A stretch of DNA of 64,000 bases from a virus: positions 96,001-160,000 of IMG/VR virus record IMGVR_UViG_3300038415_000014. One strand, written 5' to 3'. The position numbers were made by a program, and so were the translations under genes. This document shows positions 9,340-18,935 of this stretch, piece by piece. The stretch's first letter is position 1, and every line of letters begins with the position of its first letter. Under the pieces are notes generated by a model. The model was not told the origin of the DNA and did not search any database. It saw nothing but the letters and a program-made list of their open reading frames with translations.

Positions 9340-10413
9340 CTAGGGTGCAAATGCTTTAGAGATAACTGCGTAGATCTGGGACCCGTTGTAGTAGATAGCC
9401 ACTATATCCTGAGACCCATTGGGTGTGCTTAAGACTAAATTAGTAGCCTTGCCTCCAGGAGCCCATACAGCTGTTGGCCATGTTAGGATTCGGCTACCTG
9501 TACCGTCTTGTACGACACGCAAAATGTAGTTACCTACCCCGGGGAAGGTGATCCCTGTGATAGTAACGCTCCCTCCGAGCAAGACCATCTGCTTTTGACC
9601 ATTCGAGAAGGAGATGGCAAAGTTAGACGTGACAGCTGTACCACTGTTGATTTGATACTCTGCCGAAAACGCGACATATACCTCACCTGTTGCTGTTGTC
9701 GGGAAGTTGCCTTGGAAGCCTTGGTTGCCTTGCCACCCTTGAGCGCCTTGCCATCCCTGATTGCCTTGGTTACCCTGGTTTCCTTGCCAACCTTGCCAAC
9801 CTTGATTGCCTTGGACGCCCTGGACTCCGGTTGATCCAATAGCGCCCTGGAAGCCTTGGTTGCCTTGATTACCTTGTCGGCCCTGCTGGCCTTGGACGCC
9901 CTGGATCCCTTGGACTCCCTGGGTACCTTGCCATCCTTGGTTGCCTTGATTCCCTTGCCAGCCCTGAGATCCGACAAGGCCCTGGTTGCCTTGCCATCCT
10001 TGAACGCCTTGACCTCCGACGTTCCCTTGGTTGCCCTGCCAGCCCTGGGGGCCCTGCCAACCTTGATTACCTTGGTTGCCTTGCCAGCCCTGAGGGCCCT
10101 GATCCCCCAGCGCACCTTGCCAACCTTGGTTGCCTTGATTACCCTGGTTGCCTTGCCAACCCTGAGGGCCCTGGACTCCCGTCCCCTGCCATCCTTGGTT
10201 GCCTTGGTTGCCTTGATTCCCTTGCCAACCCTGAGCACCCTGAGGGCCCTGGATCCCGGTTCCCTGCCAACCTTGATTACCTTGGTTGCCGGTTGATCCG
10301 ACATCTCCCTGATACCCCTGATTGCCTTGAGTTCCGGTTAATCCGGTGAGACCTTGGTTGCCTTGCCAACCTTGGTTGCCTTGGTCTCCTTTCAGGTTGT
10401 TGACAAGATACAC
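9340..10413 (-). CDS. Collagen-like fibre protein with C-terminal globular domain
   Basis: About 75 Gly-X-Y triplets (GNQ, GWQ, GPQ, GVQ) followed by LRVVQDGTGSRILTW...W...DIVAIYYNG, a common phage fibre C-terminal pattern. Confidence 0.85.
   Translation of the reverse strand: MYLVNNLKGDQGNQGWQGNQGLTGLTGTQGNQGYQGDVGSTGNQGNQGWQGTGIQGPQGAQGWQGNQGNQGNQGWQGTGVQGPQGWQGNQGNQGNQGWQGALGDQGPQGWQGNQGNQGWQGPQGWQGNQGNVGGQGVQGWQGNQGLVGSQGWQGNQGNQGWQGTQGVQGIQGVQGQQGRQGNQGNQGFQGAIGSTGVQGVQGNQGWQGWQGNQGNQGNQGWQGAQGWQGNQGFQGNFPTTATGEVYVAFSAEYQINSGTAVTSNFAISFSNGQKQMVLLGGSVTITGITFPGVGNYILRVVQDGTGSRILTWPTAVWAPGGKATNLVLSTPNGSQDIVAIYYNGSQIYAVISKAFAP
9700..10390 (-). repeat. Imperfect 9-nt tandem repeats encoding G-X-Q
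   Basis: Repeated ccttggttg / ccttgccaa / ccctg units on the + strand. Confidence 0.85.
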
Positions 10414-10446
10414 TCACGCCTCCCGCCAGGTTAAACCGACTGTGAA

Positions 10447-11124
10447 TTAGCGTGGGTTTGCGTATGTGAACTGGCAGGAGAACGCGCAGGTAGCTCCCGA
10501 ACCTCGAATCCAGAAAGAGGAGACAATACCTTCGAATCCGATACTCTCTTGGCTTGATGCTTGACCTGGAACAACAATTTCAGGGCCACCTTCCTGAAAA
10601 GCCACATACAAGTTCACACTAGTACTCAGATTCCTAACTCTGAAGTTAGACATCTGCCGCGGGAGGTCAATCTGTAGCGAATCGGTGATCGAAGATCCAG
10701 ACGGAGCTGTAGAGTTAAACCCAGCTTGTTCATTACCTACAAACGGCGGAAGGACTAGCGTAGGTGCGCTTGGGGCTGGGTTACTAGCAAACTCACTGCC
10801 ACTTGCGTCAACATAGACTAGCTTCAACCAGAAGTGACTTGTATCTGGTATTGGGTGAGCAAGAAGGCTTGACGACGGCTTTAGGAGAAGCTGTACGTTA
10901 TTACCAGGTTGAATAGGGTTCTGAGGTCCGGCGACTGCTGGATCAACAAATCCAGTATTAGTAACGGTAATTATCTCAGCTGGGGCTGTGAAGTTGGGAT
11001 CATCGTCTGTATCAGTATAAAAGCGATACTTCAGTACGCCGGTCTTTTGAAAGTCCAACAAGGGCGTTACTAGATGAATGAAGCCTGGCTTGCGTCGTAG
11101 GATTGAGAAGAGGCGTCCGCTCAT
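10447..11124 (-). CDS. Hypothetical beta-rich protein, probably virion-associated
   Basis: 225-aa ORF; its start overlaps the stop of the upstream gene (ATGA). Confidence 0.5.
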   Translation of the reverse strand: MSGRLFSILRRKPGFIHLVTPLLDFQKTGVLKYRFYTDTDDDPNFTAPAEIITVTNTGFVDPAVAGPQNPIQPGNNVQLLLKPSSSLLAHPIPDTSHFWLKLVYVDASGSEFASNPAPSAPTLVLPPFVGNEQAGFNSTAPSGSSITDSLQIDLPRQMSNFRVRNLSTSVNLYVAFQEGGPEIVVPGQASSQESIGFEGIVSSFWIRGSGATCAFSCQFTYANPR

Positions 11125-11537
11125 GATGTCACCACCTGTGGGCTTTTGACAAGAGGATCATAGGTCGACGCAGAGGCATCACCTTTTTCCTTCCGAGCTA
11201 GTTCTTGAGCCTCTCTCCAAGTACCAGTCTCTTCGCCCTTGTAGTTAGGTTGAAGACTAGCCTTGAACACGTGGTCTTTCTCCTTCTTAGCAACCTCTTC
11301 GCGACGCTTCTTTCGATAAGCGTTTTCTTTGATGGACTTCGTAGCCCACCCACCGGACTCTCCTTCTTTCAGGATGAATCCAAGGTTACCAGGAGCGAAA
11401 CCAATCTTAGCCTCAAGACCACAATTGCTGCAGGTTAGAGTCTTCTCCCCTGCTTGTACTGCATCATAGTCGGCATAGGAGAGCCGTCGGTCTTTGCTAG
11501 TTCCACATTCGAGACAGTCAATTTTGTAGGTGGGCAT
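11121..11537 (-). CDS. FmdB-like zinc-ribbon protein
   Basis: MPTYKIDCLECG...LTCSNCG; start moved to ATG 11537 (GAGGA RBS). Confidence 0.65.
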   Translation of the reverse strand: MPTYKIDCLECGTSKDRRLSYADYDAVQAGEKTLTCSNCGLEAKIGFAPGNLGFILKEGESGGWATKSIKENAYRKKRREEVAKKEKDHVFKASLQPNYKGEETGTWREAQELARKEKGDASASTYDPLVKSPQVVTS

Positions 11538-11552
11538 GACTTCCTCATACAC

Positions 11553-12407
11553 CTACTTGCCCTTTTTCTTGACTGGTATGGACCACCCGCGAACTTTGGA
11601 CATCACAGCTGCAACATGCTTGCAAACCCTATTGATTCGCGCTGGGTCTTTGATATCAGGTGTGGATGCTGTACCCGTGGGTCTTCCATCAAGATACTTC
11701 TCACCCTTGGCGTGGTATTCTGAACCCAACCACCTCCATGCCTTGCACGAACACGAGAAATTAACTTCCATCTTGGCAATGGCAGTCATGTTCCCCTTTC
11801 GGGCCGCCTTGAGCTTGACCATCTTGGGTCCATGACCACAATCCACCGAAAAGATCCACCTGAGGTTAGGAACGTCAGCTCTCTTGGTGACAGCCACACA
11901 AGTGGCTGCCCGTTGAGTCACCTGTGGATTCAAACCCTGTTCAATCTCAGAAAGCTTCGAGGCTATTCGTACCGGGGCTTCGAAGGATACCGGAGCCTCA
12001 TGAGCGCACTTGAGTAGCCAGAGCTGGGCCACATTCTCAACCATCGCAGCGTTATGACGATTGGGAATGCCATCTCGGTATGGATACCTAGTGATGGAAT
12101 CATCATCTACGTGAGGGCCTGGGCGTCGATAGGTAGGCCTAGCGTACTGGTGGTCCCTCTCATCCGGCTTGGTCTGGTCCTTCAGCAAGTCGTCTGCTTT
12201 ATCACGACGATACATCGACTCGTCTTTGATGTCAGGCTTACGCTCATCCTCTTCCGATGGCTTCGAGAAGGTCGAGGTCCCCGGGATGTCAGGGTCCAAT
12301 CCAACTCCCTTCTCGGAAGGACCACCCCCAGGGAGCCCAGACTCAGCCACTGGAGAACCTCCAGCTGCTGGCCCGTACGGGGGTCGAAGAACGAGAGGTT
12401 GGATCAT
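11553..12407 (-). CDS. SWIM zinc-finger protein
   Basis: C-terminal FSCSCKAW...RVCKHVAAV (CxC...CxH). Confidence 0.65.
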   Translation of the reverse strand: MIQPLVLRPPYGPAAGGSPVAESGLPGGGPSEKGVGLDPDIPGTSTFSKPSEEDERKPDIKDESMYRRDKADDLLKDQTKPDERDHQYARPTYRRPGPHVDDDSITRYPYRDGIPNRHNAAMVENVAQLWLLKCAHEAPVSFEAPVRIASKLSEIEQGLNPQVTQRAATCVAVTKRADVPNLRWIFSVDCGHGPKMVKLKAARKGNMTAIAKMEVNFSCSCKAWRWLGSEYHAKGEKYLDGRPTGTASTPDIKDPARINRVCKHVAAVMSKVRGWSIPVKKKGK

Positions 12408-12411
12408 GCGC

Positions 12412-13077
12412 TCACTTCGCGAAGTCGGTTACAGGCCTCAGCATATTTATCTTTTCAGCGGCATGCATCACAGCCTCTGATGCTGGCCAAGGTCCGTTTT
12501 CAGGCTCCAACTGACCTAGAGCCGTAGACATACTGTGGAGCGCTGAGAAGAAGTACCTCTTTGGGTTTTTGGGGTTCTTTCTAGCAAGCTTCAAAGAGGC
12601 AATCGCGGTATCAACCTCTAATTGATACCGTTCGAGCAACTCCTTATCAAGAGCAGCAGACTTGAAGTTGTCCTTGTGCTCGTCGTGCATCTCCTTCCAC
12701 TTCTTGGAGTCTGACTCACCCATATTCTGAGTCGGGTCCGCTGGCTTCCCCTCCTCAAACCGACTCCGACGAGCTTCTTCCGTAGCGAAGATGTTCCAAC
12801 GTGCATTGTTCATGAGCTTACCTTTGAGGGATCGAGGAACACTTTTGGGGATCTTGTGGGATGCTTCGGTGAGTTTACTTGCAACCTCGGTGAGACCAAG
12901 GTTTTGGAACATCATGCCTAGGGTTTGGACCGCGGTTGCCGTGTTCAAGAAGACCATCTGCCAACTATCAGACTTTGCAGAACTAGCAGCATCATCAAGC
13001 ATCCTAATAGCGTGCTTGAGGTTATCTTGGACCAGCTCAGACTTATCTGGGCTGACTGCGGCTTCGACAACGGTCAT
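12412..13077 (-). CDS. Hypothetical, probable internal head protein
   Basis: 221 aa, predicted helical, K/R-x-A motifs, head-module context. Confidence 0.45.
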   Translation of the reverse strand: MTVVEAAVSPDKSELVQDNLKHAIRMLDDAASSAKSDSWQMVFLNTATAVQTLGMMFQNLGLTEVASKLTEASHKIPKSVPRSLKGKLMNNARWNIFATEEARRSRFEEGKPADPTQNMGESDSKKWKEMHDEHKDNFKSAALDKELLERYQLEVDTAIASLKLARKNPKNPKRYFFSALHSMSTALGQLEPENGPWPASEAVMHAAEKINMLRPVTDFAK

Positions 13078-13946
13078 GAGACCCCCAGAGTAGCTTGAGC
13101 CTTTCTGGCTTTCTTTTCAGCTTGGTATCTTCGATTCTGATCACGACGTTTGGCTCGTTGGAGTCGAACTTTGAGTGGTAAACTGGCATCCCTTGCAACA
13201 GCTCTTGCTGATGCAATGGCTCGCCCCTTACGCAGCCCCTCAAGGTTTGCCCTCTGCCATTCAGGGTCTTCATGCTGGATACGAAGTTGTTCTAGGTTAG
13301 CCTTACGCCACTCAGGATCAGATAGCTTTCTCTGAGCTGCTTTTGAACATGCTTCGATGTAATCAAGGTCTTCAGCCCTTCTCCTAGCTCCCTCAGCCAC
13401 GTTCTTGCGCCAGCTCAGGTCTGCAGTTCGTTTATGAACCCCTTCTCTTAGCTTCTCTTGACACTCAGGGTCTTCAGATCTTCTTCTAGCCGCCTCGACC
13501 ACATTCTTATGCCACTCAGGAGTTGCAGAACGCCTACGAGAGCCTTCTGAACATGCCCTATGCCAATTAGGGTCTGCCTTTCTCTTACTGGCTCCTCGCA
13601 TCAACTTATCACGAGCTTCTGGAACAGAAAAGTCAACACCCTCACCACCGTTAGTTAGGTTGTACCCGTTTGGTACAGTACAACTATGAGATGCAATCTG
13701 AGCAACTTCAAACTTCAACATCTCCTCGACTGTAGACGCGGTTTCAAGACACTCAATCTTGAAGTTGCTAGCTCCATACTTTCGAATAGCTCGATGAAGG
13801 GCTAGAGGAGGATTACTTTTCTTTGCTAGACTCAAGTGCTGAGCCCATCGATGCCTAATGGATACCCTGGTACAACCGACATACCTCTTCCCGTTCACGA
13901 GATTCGTGATTAGGTAGACATACCCAGTAAAAGCAGTGGAATCCAT
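13074..13946 (-). CDS. GIY-YIG homing endonuclease (Seg-like) with ~7 x 17-aa C-terminal repeats
   Basis: GYVYLITNLVNGKRYVG...RWAQH...RKYG...E...GYNL; repeats of R/K-R-x-x-D-P-E-W-x-K/R-x-x-x-E-G. Confidence 0.88.
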   Translation of the reverse strand: MDSTAFTGYVYLITNLVNGKRYVGCTRVSIRHRWAQHLSLAKKSNPPLALHRAIRKYGASNFKIECLETASTVEEMLKFEVAQIASHSCTVPNGYNLTNGGEGVDFSVPEARDKLMRGASKRKADPNWHRACSEGSRRRSATPEWHKNVVEAARRRSEDPECQEKLREGVHKRTADLSWRKNVAEGARRRAEDLDYIEACSKAAQRKLSDPEWRKANLEQLRIQHEDPEWQRANLEGLRKGRAIASARAVARDASLPLKVRLQRAKRRDQNRRYQAEKKARKAQATLGVS

Positions 13947-13969
13947 GAAGCTACTACACCAGATCTATA

Positions 13970-14863
13970 TTACTGATGCTTATCTTTTACGACGGACTTA
14001 TTTTTCTCCCACTGGTCTGCTATTTCCTGTAGATCTTCTTCACTGAGTGACGGATTCGCAGACTTAAAACCTTTCATCACTTCCTCCCTGGAGTTAGCCT
14101 GGATGGGTCCCATCGCTTCAAGGGCCTGCTGGGCTGTCTGAGACATGGCCATCAGAACCCGGTGAAGCCTCAATCTAGCAACTTCTGGGGGGATGCGAGC
14201 TGCCTGGACCTCATCAGCGATCCGGCGAAGGGCGGTTGCGATATGACTGGTGGACGCGGCTCTGAACATGGATGCTCTCTTTCCTTTGGGTGGTATCGAA
14301 GAAGGATGCCTGATCTTACTCAGGGCCTTATTAGCGAGTTCCTGAATATCCTTAGCTTTCCCCTGTAGTGGGGCTGGCAAAGAACTCTTGAGGTGAGCTA
14401 CCTCAAGTAAAAGATCCTCTAAACTGTTGGTGATGTCATTGACATCGCGAATGTTCAACTCTGCAGCCATCTTCTGAGCATTTTCAGGTCGAGGCTGAAT
14501 GAATGGAGACCTACGGTCGATCTGACGTAGGCGAGTATTACGAAGCACGTCTTCCAGCTCCTCTACCTTCTCGGGCTTGAGCTGGGACTTCAACTCTTCA
14601 TAGTCCAACCGAGAAGCTGCCAGCGCTGTGGCAGCCAGAGCCTTGTCAAGTTTGAACAATGAGTCTGGTATCCCATAGATGGTATCCCCCGCAATCTCGT
14701 AGAAGTGGTCTCGGCTCGGGGAGGTAGATATCAGGCGGACTGCCTGACTAACGAACTTCTTGAGCTGCTCACAACGAAGGCGGGCGTCAGTGAGCTCTTC
14801 CATTATGTAAATGAGAGCTCCTCCCTCTTTGTGAATGGTACCCGTCTGGTTGTCGTTGTCCAT
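13970..14863 (-). CDS. Hypothetical, probable internal head protein
   Basis: 297 aa, predicted helical; KMA/KRA/RAA motifs. Confidence 0.45.
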   Translation of the reverse strand: MDNDNQTGTIHKEGGALIYIMEELTDARLRCEQLKKFVSQAVRLISTSPSRDHFYEIAGDTIYGIPDSLFKLDKALAATALAASRLDYEELKSQLKPEKVEELEDVLRNTRLRQIDRRSPFIQPRPENAQKMAAELNIRDVNDITNSLEDLLLEVAHLKSSLPAPLQGKAKDIQELANKALSKIRHPSSIPPKGKRASMFRAASTSHIATALRRIADEVQAARIPPEVARLRLHRVLMAMSQTAQQALEAMGPIQANSREEVMKGFKSANPSLSEEDLQEIADQWEKNKSVVKDKHQ

Positions 14864-14940
14864 CGAACAGAAGAAGCTACAAGAGGACTAACGATCACCC
14901 TCTTGTAGCTTCACATTGATGCACTAGATGCGAGAGTAAC

Positions 14941-16236
14941 TCAGCTCTGGAATACCTCTGGGAACTCTTCAATGAGGATCTTCTTGAAGTCATCGCTCTC
15001 AGCAGCGAAGACGGCCCTGATGATGTCAGGGCGAGTTTCATAGTTCAGGCGAATCATTGCCAAACGACGCTTCCAATGGTCGGAGAAGTTGTAGTCCATC
15101 GGGAAGTCCTTGCAGATGGCCTGGGCGACTATCCTACGGTAGTCAGCGGTTCCATCACTTTCGATACGAGACTTTGGCTCGTCACCGGGAAGCATCGACG
15201 TCTGCTGAGGTACGGACTCCGCCTTAGCTTGCTGGTGGAACCCAGTCTTCGGGCCATTGGTGGTCCTGAAGGTGATACCCTCTTGCTCGATGACGGACTC
15301 TCTAGCCGGTCCGTCTGACCCTGAAGCATCGTATACCTCGGTCCCGCCACCAGAGGTGACCCCGACCGAGATCCCCTCAACAGTCTTCGTCTGGGTAGGA
15401 GCAACCTTCCCTACAATGGGTGAACCAGACGCGCTGACCATTCGAGCCTTGGGCTGTGGAGTAGGATCTGACCGTTTCATACCCGGCTGGTTCCTACTCG
15501 CCAGGTTACTGGTAACCGCTGGTGGAGGAACATACCCTGGGGTCCTACTCTGAATGTCATCAAGACGAGCAGCCTTCTCAGCTTTATAGATCGCTTGATC
15601 CTCAGGGCTCATCCTGGCTAATAGCTCCTCCTCAGTGATACCCTCACCAGGTTGGATCTTGACCAGCTCAGCGTCTCGGATGGCTGTACCAACCGTGTTG
15701 GGGGTCACCTGAAGACCGGTCTTAGCCGCAGTCTTGAAGGTTCTAGGGACTTCTTGCCCGAACTCTGCCCCTCCAATGATGTCACTACTAGTACCGCGAG
15801 CAACGTAGGCCCCCGCGCGCCCTTGAGATTGTCGAACCTCGTTGGTCCTCTGTTGGGCTGCATGAGTCCTAGCCGAGCTACTCATTACTACTCGCTCGTC
15901 AGATTCAACAGTAACAATGGCATTCCTCTTTGGCGGAGAGAGTGGGTTTGTACCTAGGTCATTCGCAGCACGAACCCCAATGTTTGCCGAAGGGGCTGCT
16001 TGTGGGGCTGCCTCTGGGTCATAAACCTCAGCTGGGACAATCCAACCCATTCGAATCGCGCCCCTCAGAGTGGGGAGTATGAATCGGTTGCCATCAATCT
16101 CGACATTGGTCCCATCGAACAGGATCTCCATCCCGTCGTACACACTATGATTGGTCCCCCCTAGAGCAAACGACTTCGTCGAGATGAAGCGCTGCATTTT
16201 ACCTGGTACAAATCTGATCTGAGTCTGTAGTTCCAT
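14941..16236 (-). CDS. Hypothetical protein (431 aa)
   Basis: Long ORF with GGAG RBS; low-complexity middle. Confidence 0.55.
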   Translation of the reverse strand: MELQTQIRFVPGKMQRFISTKSFALGGTNHSVYDGMEILFDGTNVEIDGNRFILPTLRGAIRMGWIVPAEVYDPEAAPQAAPSANIGVRAANDLGTNPLSPPKRNAIVTVESDERVVMSSSARTHAAQQRTNEVRQSQGRAGAYVARGTSSDIIGGAEFGQEVPRTFKTAAKTGLQVTPNTVGTAIRDAELVKIQPGEGITEEELLARMSPEDQAIYKAEKAARLDDIQSRTPGYVPPPAVTSNLASRNQPGMKRSDPTPQPKARMVSASGSPIVGKVAPTQTKTVEGISVGVTSGGGTEVYDASGSDGPARESVIEQEGITFRTTNGPKTGFHQQAKAESVPQQTSMLPGDEPKSRIESDGTADYRRIVAQAICKDFPMDYNFSDHWKRRLAMIRLNYETRPDIIRAVFAAESDDFKKILIEEFPEVFQS

Positions 16237-16292
16237 CTTGGTCTCCCATAGGGTAGGTTTACCCAGTTACCTATAGGGGGCCTATAAACGAC

Positions 16293-16793
16293 TTATCGAT
16301 GGTTGACAGATTTGATGCAGAACTCACATGAGGATTTCGGCTTGTTCTTATGCCACCTCAGATGTGTATAGTATCGCCCGCGACTAGAGATTTCTTGCGA
16401 GCTAATACGAGATACACTCTTGCCTCGGAGTACTGATTTTTCCCCAAAGTACTCATATGGTAGTGGCCCTCCAAATTCCCAGAGGAGTATCTCCTCTATC
16501 CTCTGGAAGCCAAGGCTCTCTCGACAACGATTGATCAGGTCAAGCCCATCGCGGGAGATCCTAAAGAACTCTCGACCAAGGGTTATCTGATCTGCTTTCA
16601 GCAACTCATGAACATAGCTCTTGGACGCCTTGGTCCAAGCGAGTAGCGCTACGCTACGGAACGTACCCCTCTTAATGTTGATTAGCCCCTTAGTAATGCA
16701 ACTACTAGACGTGACCTTGACTACATTCGGCTCAACTAGAACGAAGTAGGTTCCCTTACAAGATGGGGCGGGCAGGTCTACAATGATTCCCAT
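16293..16793 (-). CDS. Degenerate T5orf172/GIY-YIG-like endonuclease with C-terminal HxRWH..CxxC motif
   Basis: TYFV...VVKVT...LLAW...GREFF; C-terminal THLRWHKNKPKSSCEFC. Confidence 0.45.
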   Translation of the reverse strand: MGIIVDLPAPSCKGTYFVLVEPNVVKVTSSSCITKGLINIKRGTFRSVALLAWTKASKSYVHELLKADQITLGREFFRISRDGLDLINRCRESLGFQRIEEILLWEFGGPLPYEYFGEKSVLRGKSVSRISSQEISSRGRYYTHLRWHKNKPKSSCEFCIKSVNHR

Positions 16794-16808
16794 CGATGTT
16801 AAGCCACT

Positions 16809-16850
16809 AGGTGTCGTGGGTTAACCGAGAAGGCAAGACCCACGACACCT
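16809..16850 (-). terminator. Hairpin downstream of HU
   Basis: AGGTGTCGTGGGT / ACCCACGACACCT 13-bp perfect inverted repeat. Confidence 0.6.
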
Positions 16851-16862
16851 ACCGATGAAAGA

Positions 16863-17216
16863 TCACTTCTTGGCGGTCTTCTTTGCCTTGGGGGCAGCCG
16901 GTGTCTTCGGGGTTGCAGCAACCACGCCGACTTCCACCTTGATGGCCTTGAGGAAACGCGCCTTCAGCTTCTTGGACGGTGGCTTGGCAGCAACGAGCAT
17001 CTCTTTGCCCGTGGACGGGTTACGAGCTTTGCGCTCTGCCTTGGCCGGTACATTCACAAGAGCGAACTTTACGACGCCTGGGAGTACGAACTTCTTGTCC
17101 TTCTTCAGGCTCCTGGCGGCAACGGTGTTAAGGGCAGTCAAGAACCCCTTAACATGGGACTTGGTGGTACCTTCCATCTCAGCAGCAACAGCCGCAATCA
17201 GTTCCGTCTTAGTCAT
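16863..17216 (-). CDS. hup: HU family histone-like DNA-binding protein with Lys/Ala/Pro tail
   Basis: MTKTELIAAVAAE...FVLPGVVKF...ERKARNPSTGKEM; start moved to ATG 17216. Confidence 0.9.
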   Translation of the reverse strand: MTKTELIAAVAAEMEGTTKSHVKGFLTALNTVAARSLKKDKKFVLPGVVKFALVNVPAKAERKARNPSTGKEMLVAAKPPSKKLKARFLKAIKVEVGVVAATPKTPAAPKAKKTAKK

Positions 17217-17329
17217 ATCTAATATTCCTTCTGATTTGGGTTTTTCGCGGAAGGAACACTCTCCACTCCGTCTACTGGGGATAACTACACCGCCAATGAG
17301 TGATTCATCGGGGTGGTAGAGAAATAAAT

Positions 17330-17788
17330 CTAGGACCCCTCTGCGAGCCCTTCGGCAGGTGGATCTGAGCCTGCCCACAAGTCGGTTAGTTCTACTTGTG
17401 GGTGGGATGTGATAGTCAACATAGCCTGTTGAGCAAAAGCGGTATCCTCCTCGCGAGACCTAAGGAAACATTCTACTCTGGCCTGGACTTCATCATAGGC
17501 TGCTGCCAAAGCCAGTTCCTCAGTGTGGGCCTCTCCTTTGAACTCCTGACTAAACACGTTCTCGAAGACATTAGGAGCGGCGTCACTTTCGGTACCCTGA
17601 TCAAGGATACTCAAGTCACCGGTGTATCGGTCCCCCGATAACTTGACGGTTACTTCCCAAGTAGAGCCAGCTGGAAGCTCCTCGACAGGGCTACTTTTGA
17701 AAGTGAAGGTAACTGTTGTCAGAGCATTGCGATTGATCGCCTTACCATAGATGTGAAGGGCCTCGGAAATGGTAGCTAGGATGCTCAT
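17330..17788 (-). CDS. Hypothetical acidic protein
   Basis: Start moved to MSILATISE (17788) because the longer start lies inside the upstream hairpin. Confidence 0.5.
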   Translation of the reverse strand: MSILATISEALHIYGKAINRNALTTVTFTFKSSPVEELPAGSTWEVTVKLSGDRYTGDLSILDQGTESDAAPNVFENVFSQEFKGEAHTEELALAAAYDEVQARVECFLRSREEDTAFAQQAMLTITSHPQVELTDLWAGSDPPAEGLAEGS

Positions 17789-17819
17789 GCACCCTGAGTA
17801 CACCGGAAGTAAGAGGCGA

Positions 17820-17856
17820 CAGGACCCAAGGGGATAGAAATCCACCCTTGGGTCCT
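17820..17856 (-). terminator. Hairpin downstream of the LAGLIDADG gene
   Basis: AGGACCCAAGGG / CCCTTGGGTCCT 12-bp inverted repeat. Confidence 0.55.
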
Positions 17857-17869
17857 GTCTCAGCTGTGG

Positions 17870-18850
17870 TCATGGTTCTTTATCGCGCGAGGGGCGCCCA
17901 ACCACCCGCTCATGCTCGATACCGTGCTTCTTCAGGTGACGGTTGATAGTGGATGCACCTACCCCAGTTAGTTTGGCCATCCTTCGAATCGGTACTCCTT
18001 GGGAAGCCATCTGACGAAGAGGCTCCTCAGGAGCCTTCTCACGAACTTGATAGTGTGGACCTTGAAAACCGAAGTTCAACTTGTAGTGCATGAACTCAGG
18101 CATGTGAGGCTTGACCAAGGAAATGAAGAGATGGGCTTGGTCCTCGCCCTCGAAGATGAACTGACCTGTACTGCCTTGACCAGGAGCCCATCGAGGTTTG
18201 AGGCTGAACTTACGAAAAGTGGTCTGTGCAACCTCTCTACTTTCTGGCTTCATACCGAAAGTGATGACGGGCCACCATGCGGCTGATCCGTCATCCATGA
18301 ACCAAATAGCGAGGGCGATGGCATCAACCAAGTCAACCACCTGAGATTGAAGCTGCTTGGGTCCGGGTTCTGGGTAAAACAACTCATGCCATGGGAGCAT
18401 GGTTGCGTGCGAAACGGTCTCAAATCGCCACCCCTCGTACTCTTCATCCTGAAGAGTCCAAGTTACAGGACGCAACCCTAACTGAACCCAAGGTCCCCAC
18501 TCCTTGCTCTTCCACTCCAAGTACTCTCTCTGATCCTCAGCGTGGTTCTCCATGTAGCGAGCGACATGAGTGCTCTTTGAGATCCTGCCGTCCCCAAGCA
18601 TTGAACCAACAAGAACAGATCGAAGCCGACCTTCAATAGGTAACACATCGTGTCGCTCGGTTCGACATAGAGTCTCGATCCCCCAACGATGCCTCCATCG
18701 ACGGATATGCTTCAGTGGACACCCTACCTGAGCAGCAATCTCAGAGTCCGTAAGCTTGGTCTCCAAATACAGAGTTCGTAATTCAGCTTCAGAGATGGGG
18801 CATGGTACAAGCTTCATGCTGTACAGTACCACTAAGCTTTGAGGTGTCAA
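17870..18850 (-). CDS. Free-standing LAGLIDADG homing endonuclease with flanking HTH domains
   Basis: LVGSMLGDGRI and LAIWFMDDGS motifs; HTH-like N- and C-termini. Confidence 0.88.
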   Translation of the reverse strand: MTPQSLVVLYSMKLVPCPISEAELRTLYLETKLTDSEIAAQVGCPLKHIRRWRHRWGIETLCRTERHDVLPIEGRLRSVLVGSMLGDGRISKSTHVARYMENHAEDQREYLEWKSKEWGPWVQLGLRPVTWTLQDEEYEGWRFETVSHATMLPWHELFYPEPGPKQLQSQVVDLVDAIALAIWFMDDGSAAWWPVITFGMKPESREVAQTTFRKFSLKPRWAPGQGSTGQFIFEGEDQAHLFISLVKPHMPEFMHYKLNFGFQGPHYQVREKAPEEPLRQMASQGVPIRRMAKLTGVGASTINRHLKKHGIEHERVVGRPSRDKEP

Positions 18851-18875
18851 TGATTAGGCTCAATATGGAGCATTA

Positions 18876-18911
18876 AAGAGGAAGGCCGGGAGTCCTTTCG
18901 GAAACCCGGCC
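18876..18911 (-). terminator. Rho-independent terminator after the major capsid gene
   Basis: Minus strand GGCCGGG-tt-TCC-GAAA-GGA-ct-CCCGGCC followed by TTCCTCTTT. Confidence 0.65.
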
Positions 18912-18935
18912 TACACTCAATTCAGCCTATTAGGC

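Noticed and set aside
9508-10304. Histone-like KAT-rich ORF (9534..10304 -) and antisense ORFs over the collagen gene
   Set aside because: Frame shadows of the 9-nt repeat; no independent evidence, although a purine-rich stretch precedes ATG 10304.
16855-17378. Antisense ORF over HU and the 54-aa N-terminal extension of HU
   Set aside because: The antisense frame is a shadow; the extension overlaps the upstream gene and HU homology begins at MTKTEL (17216).
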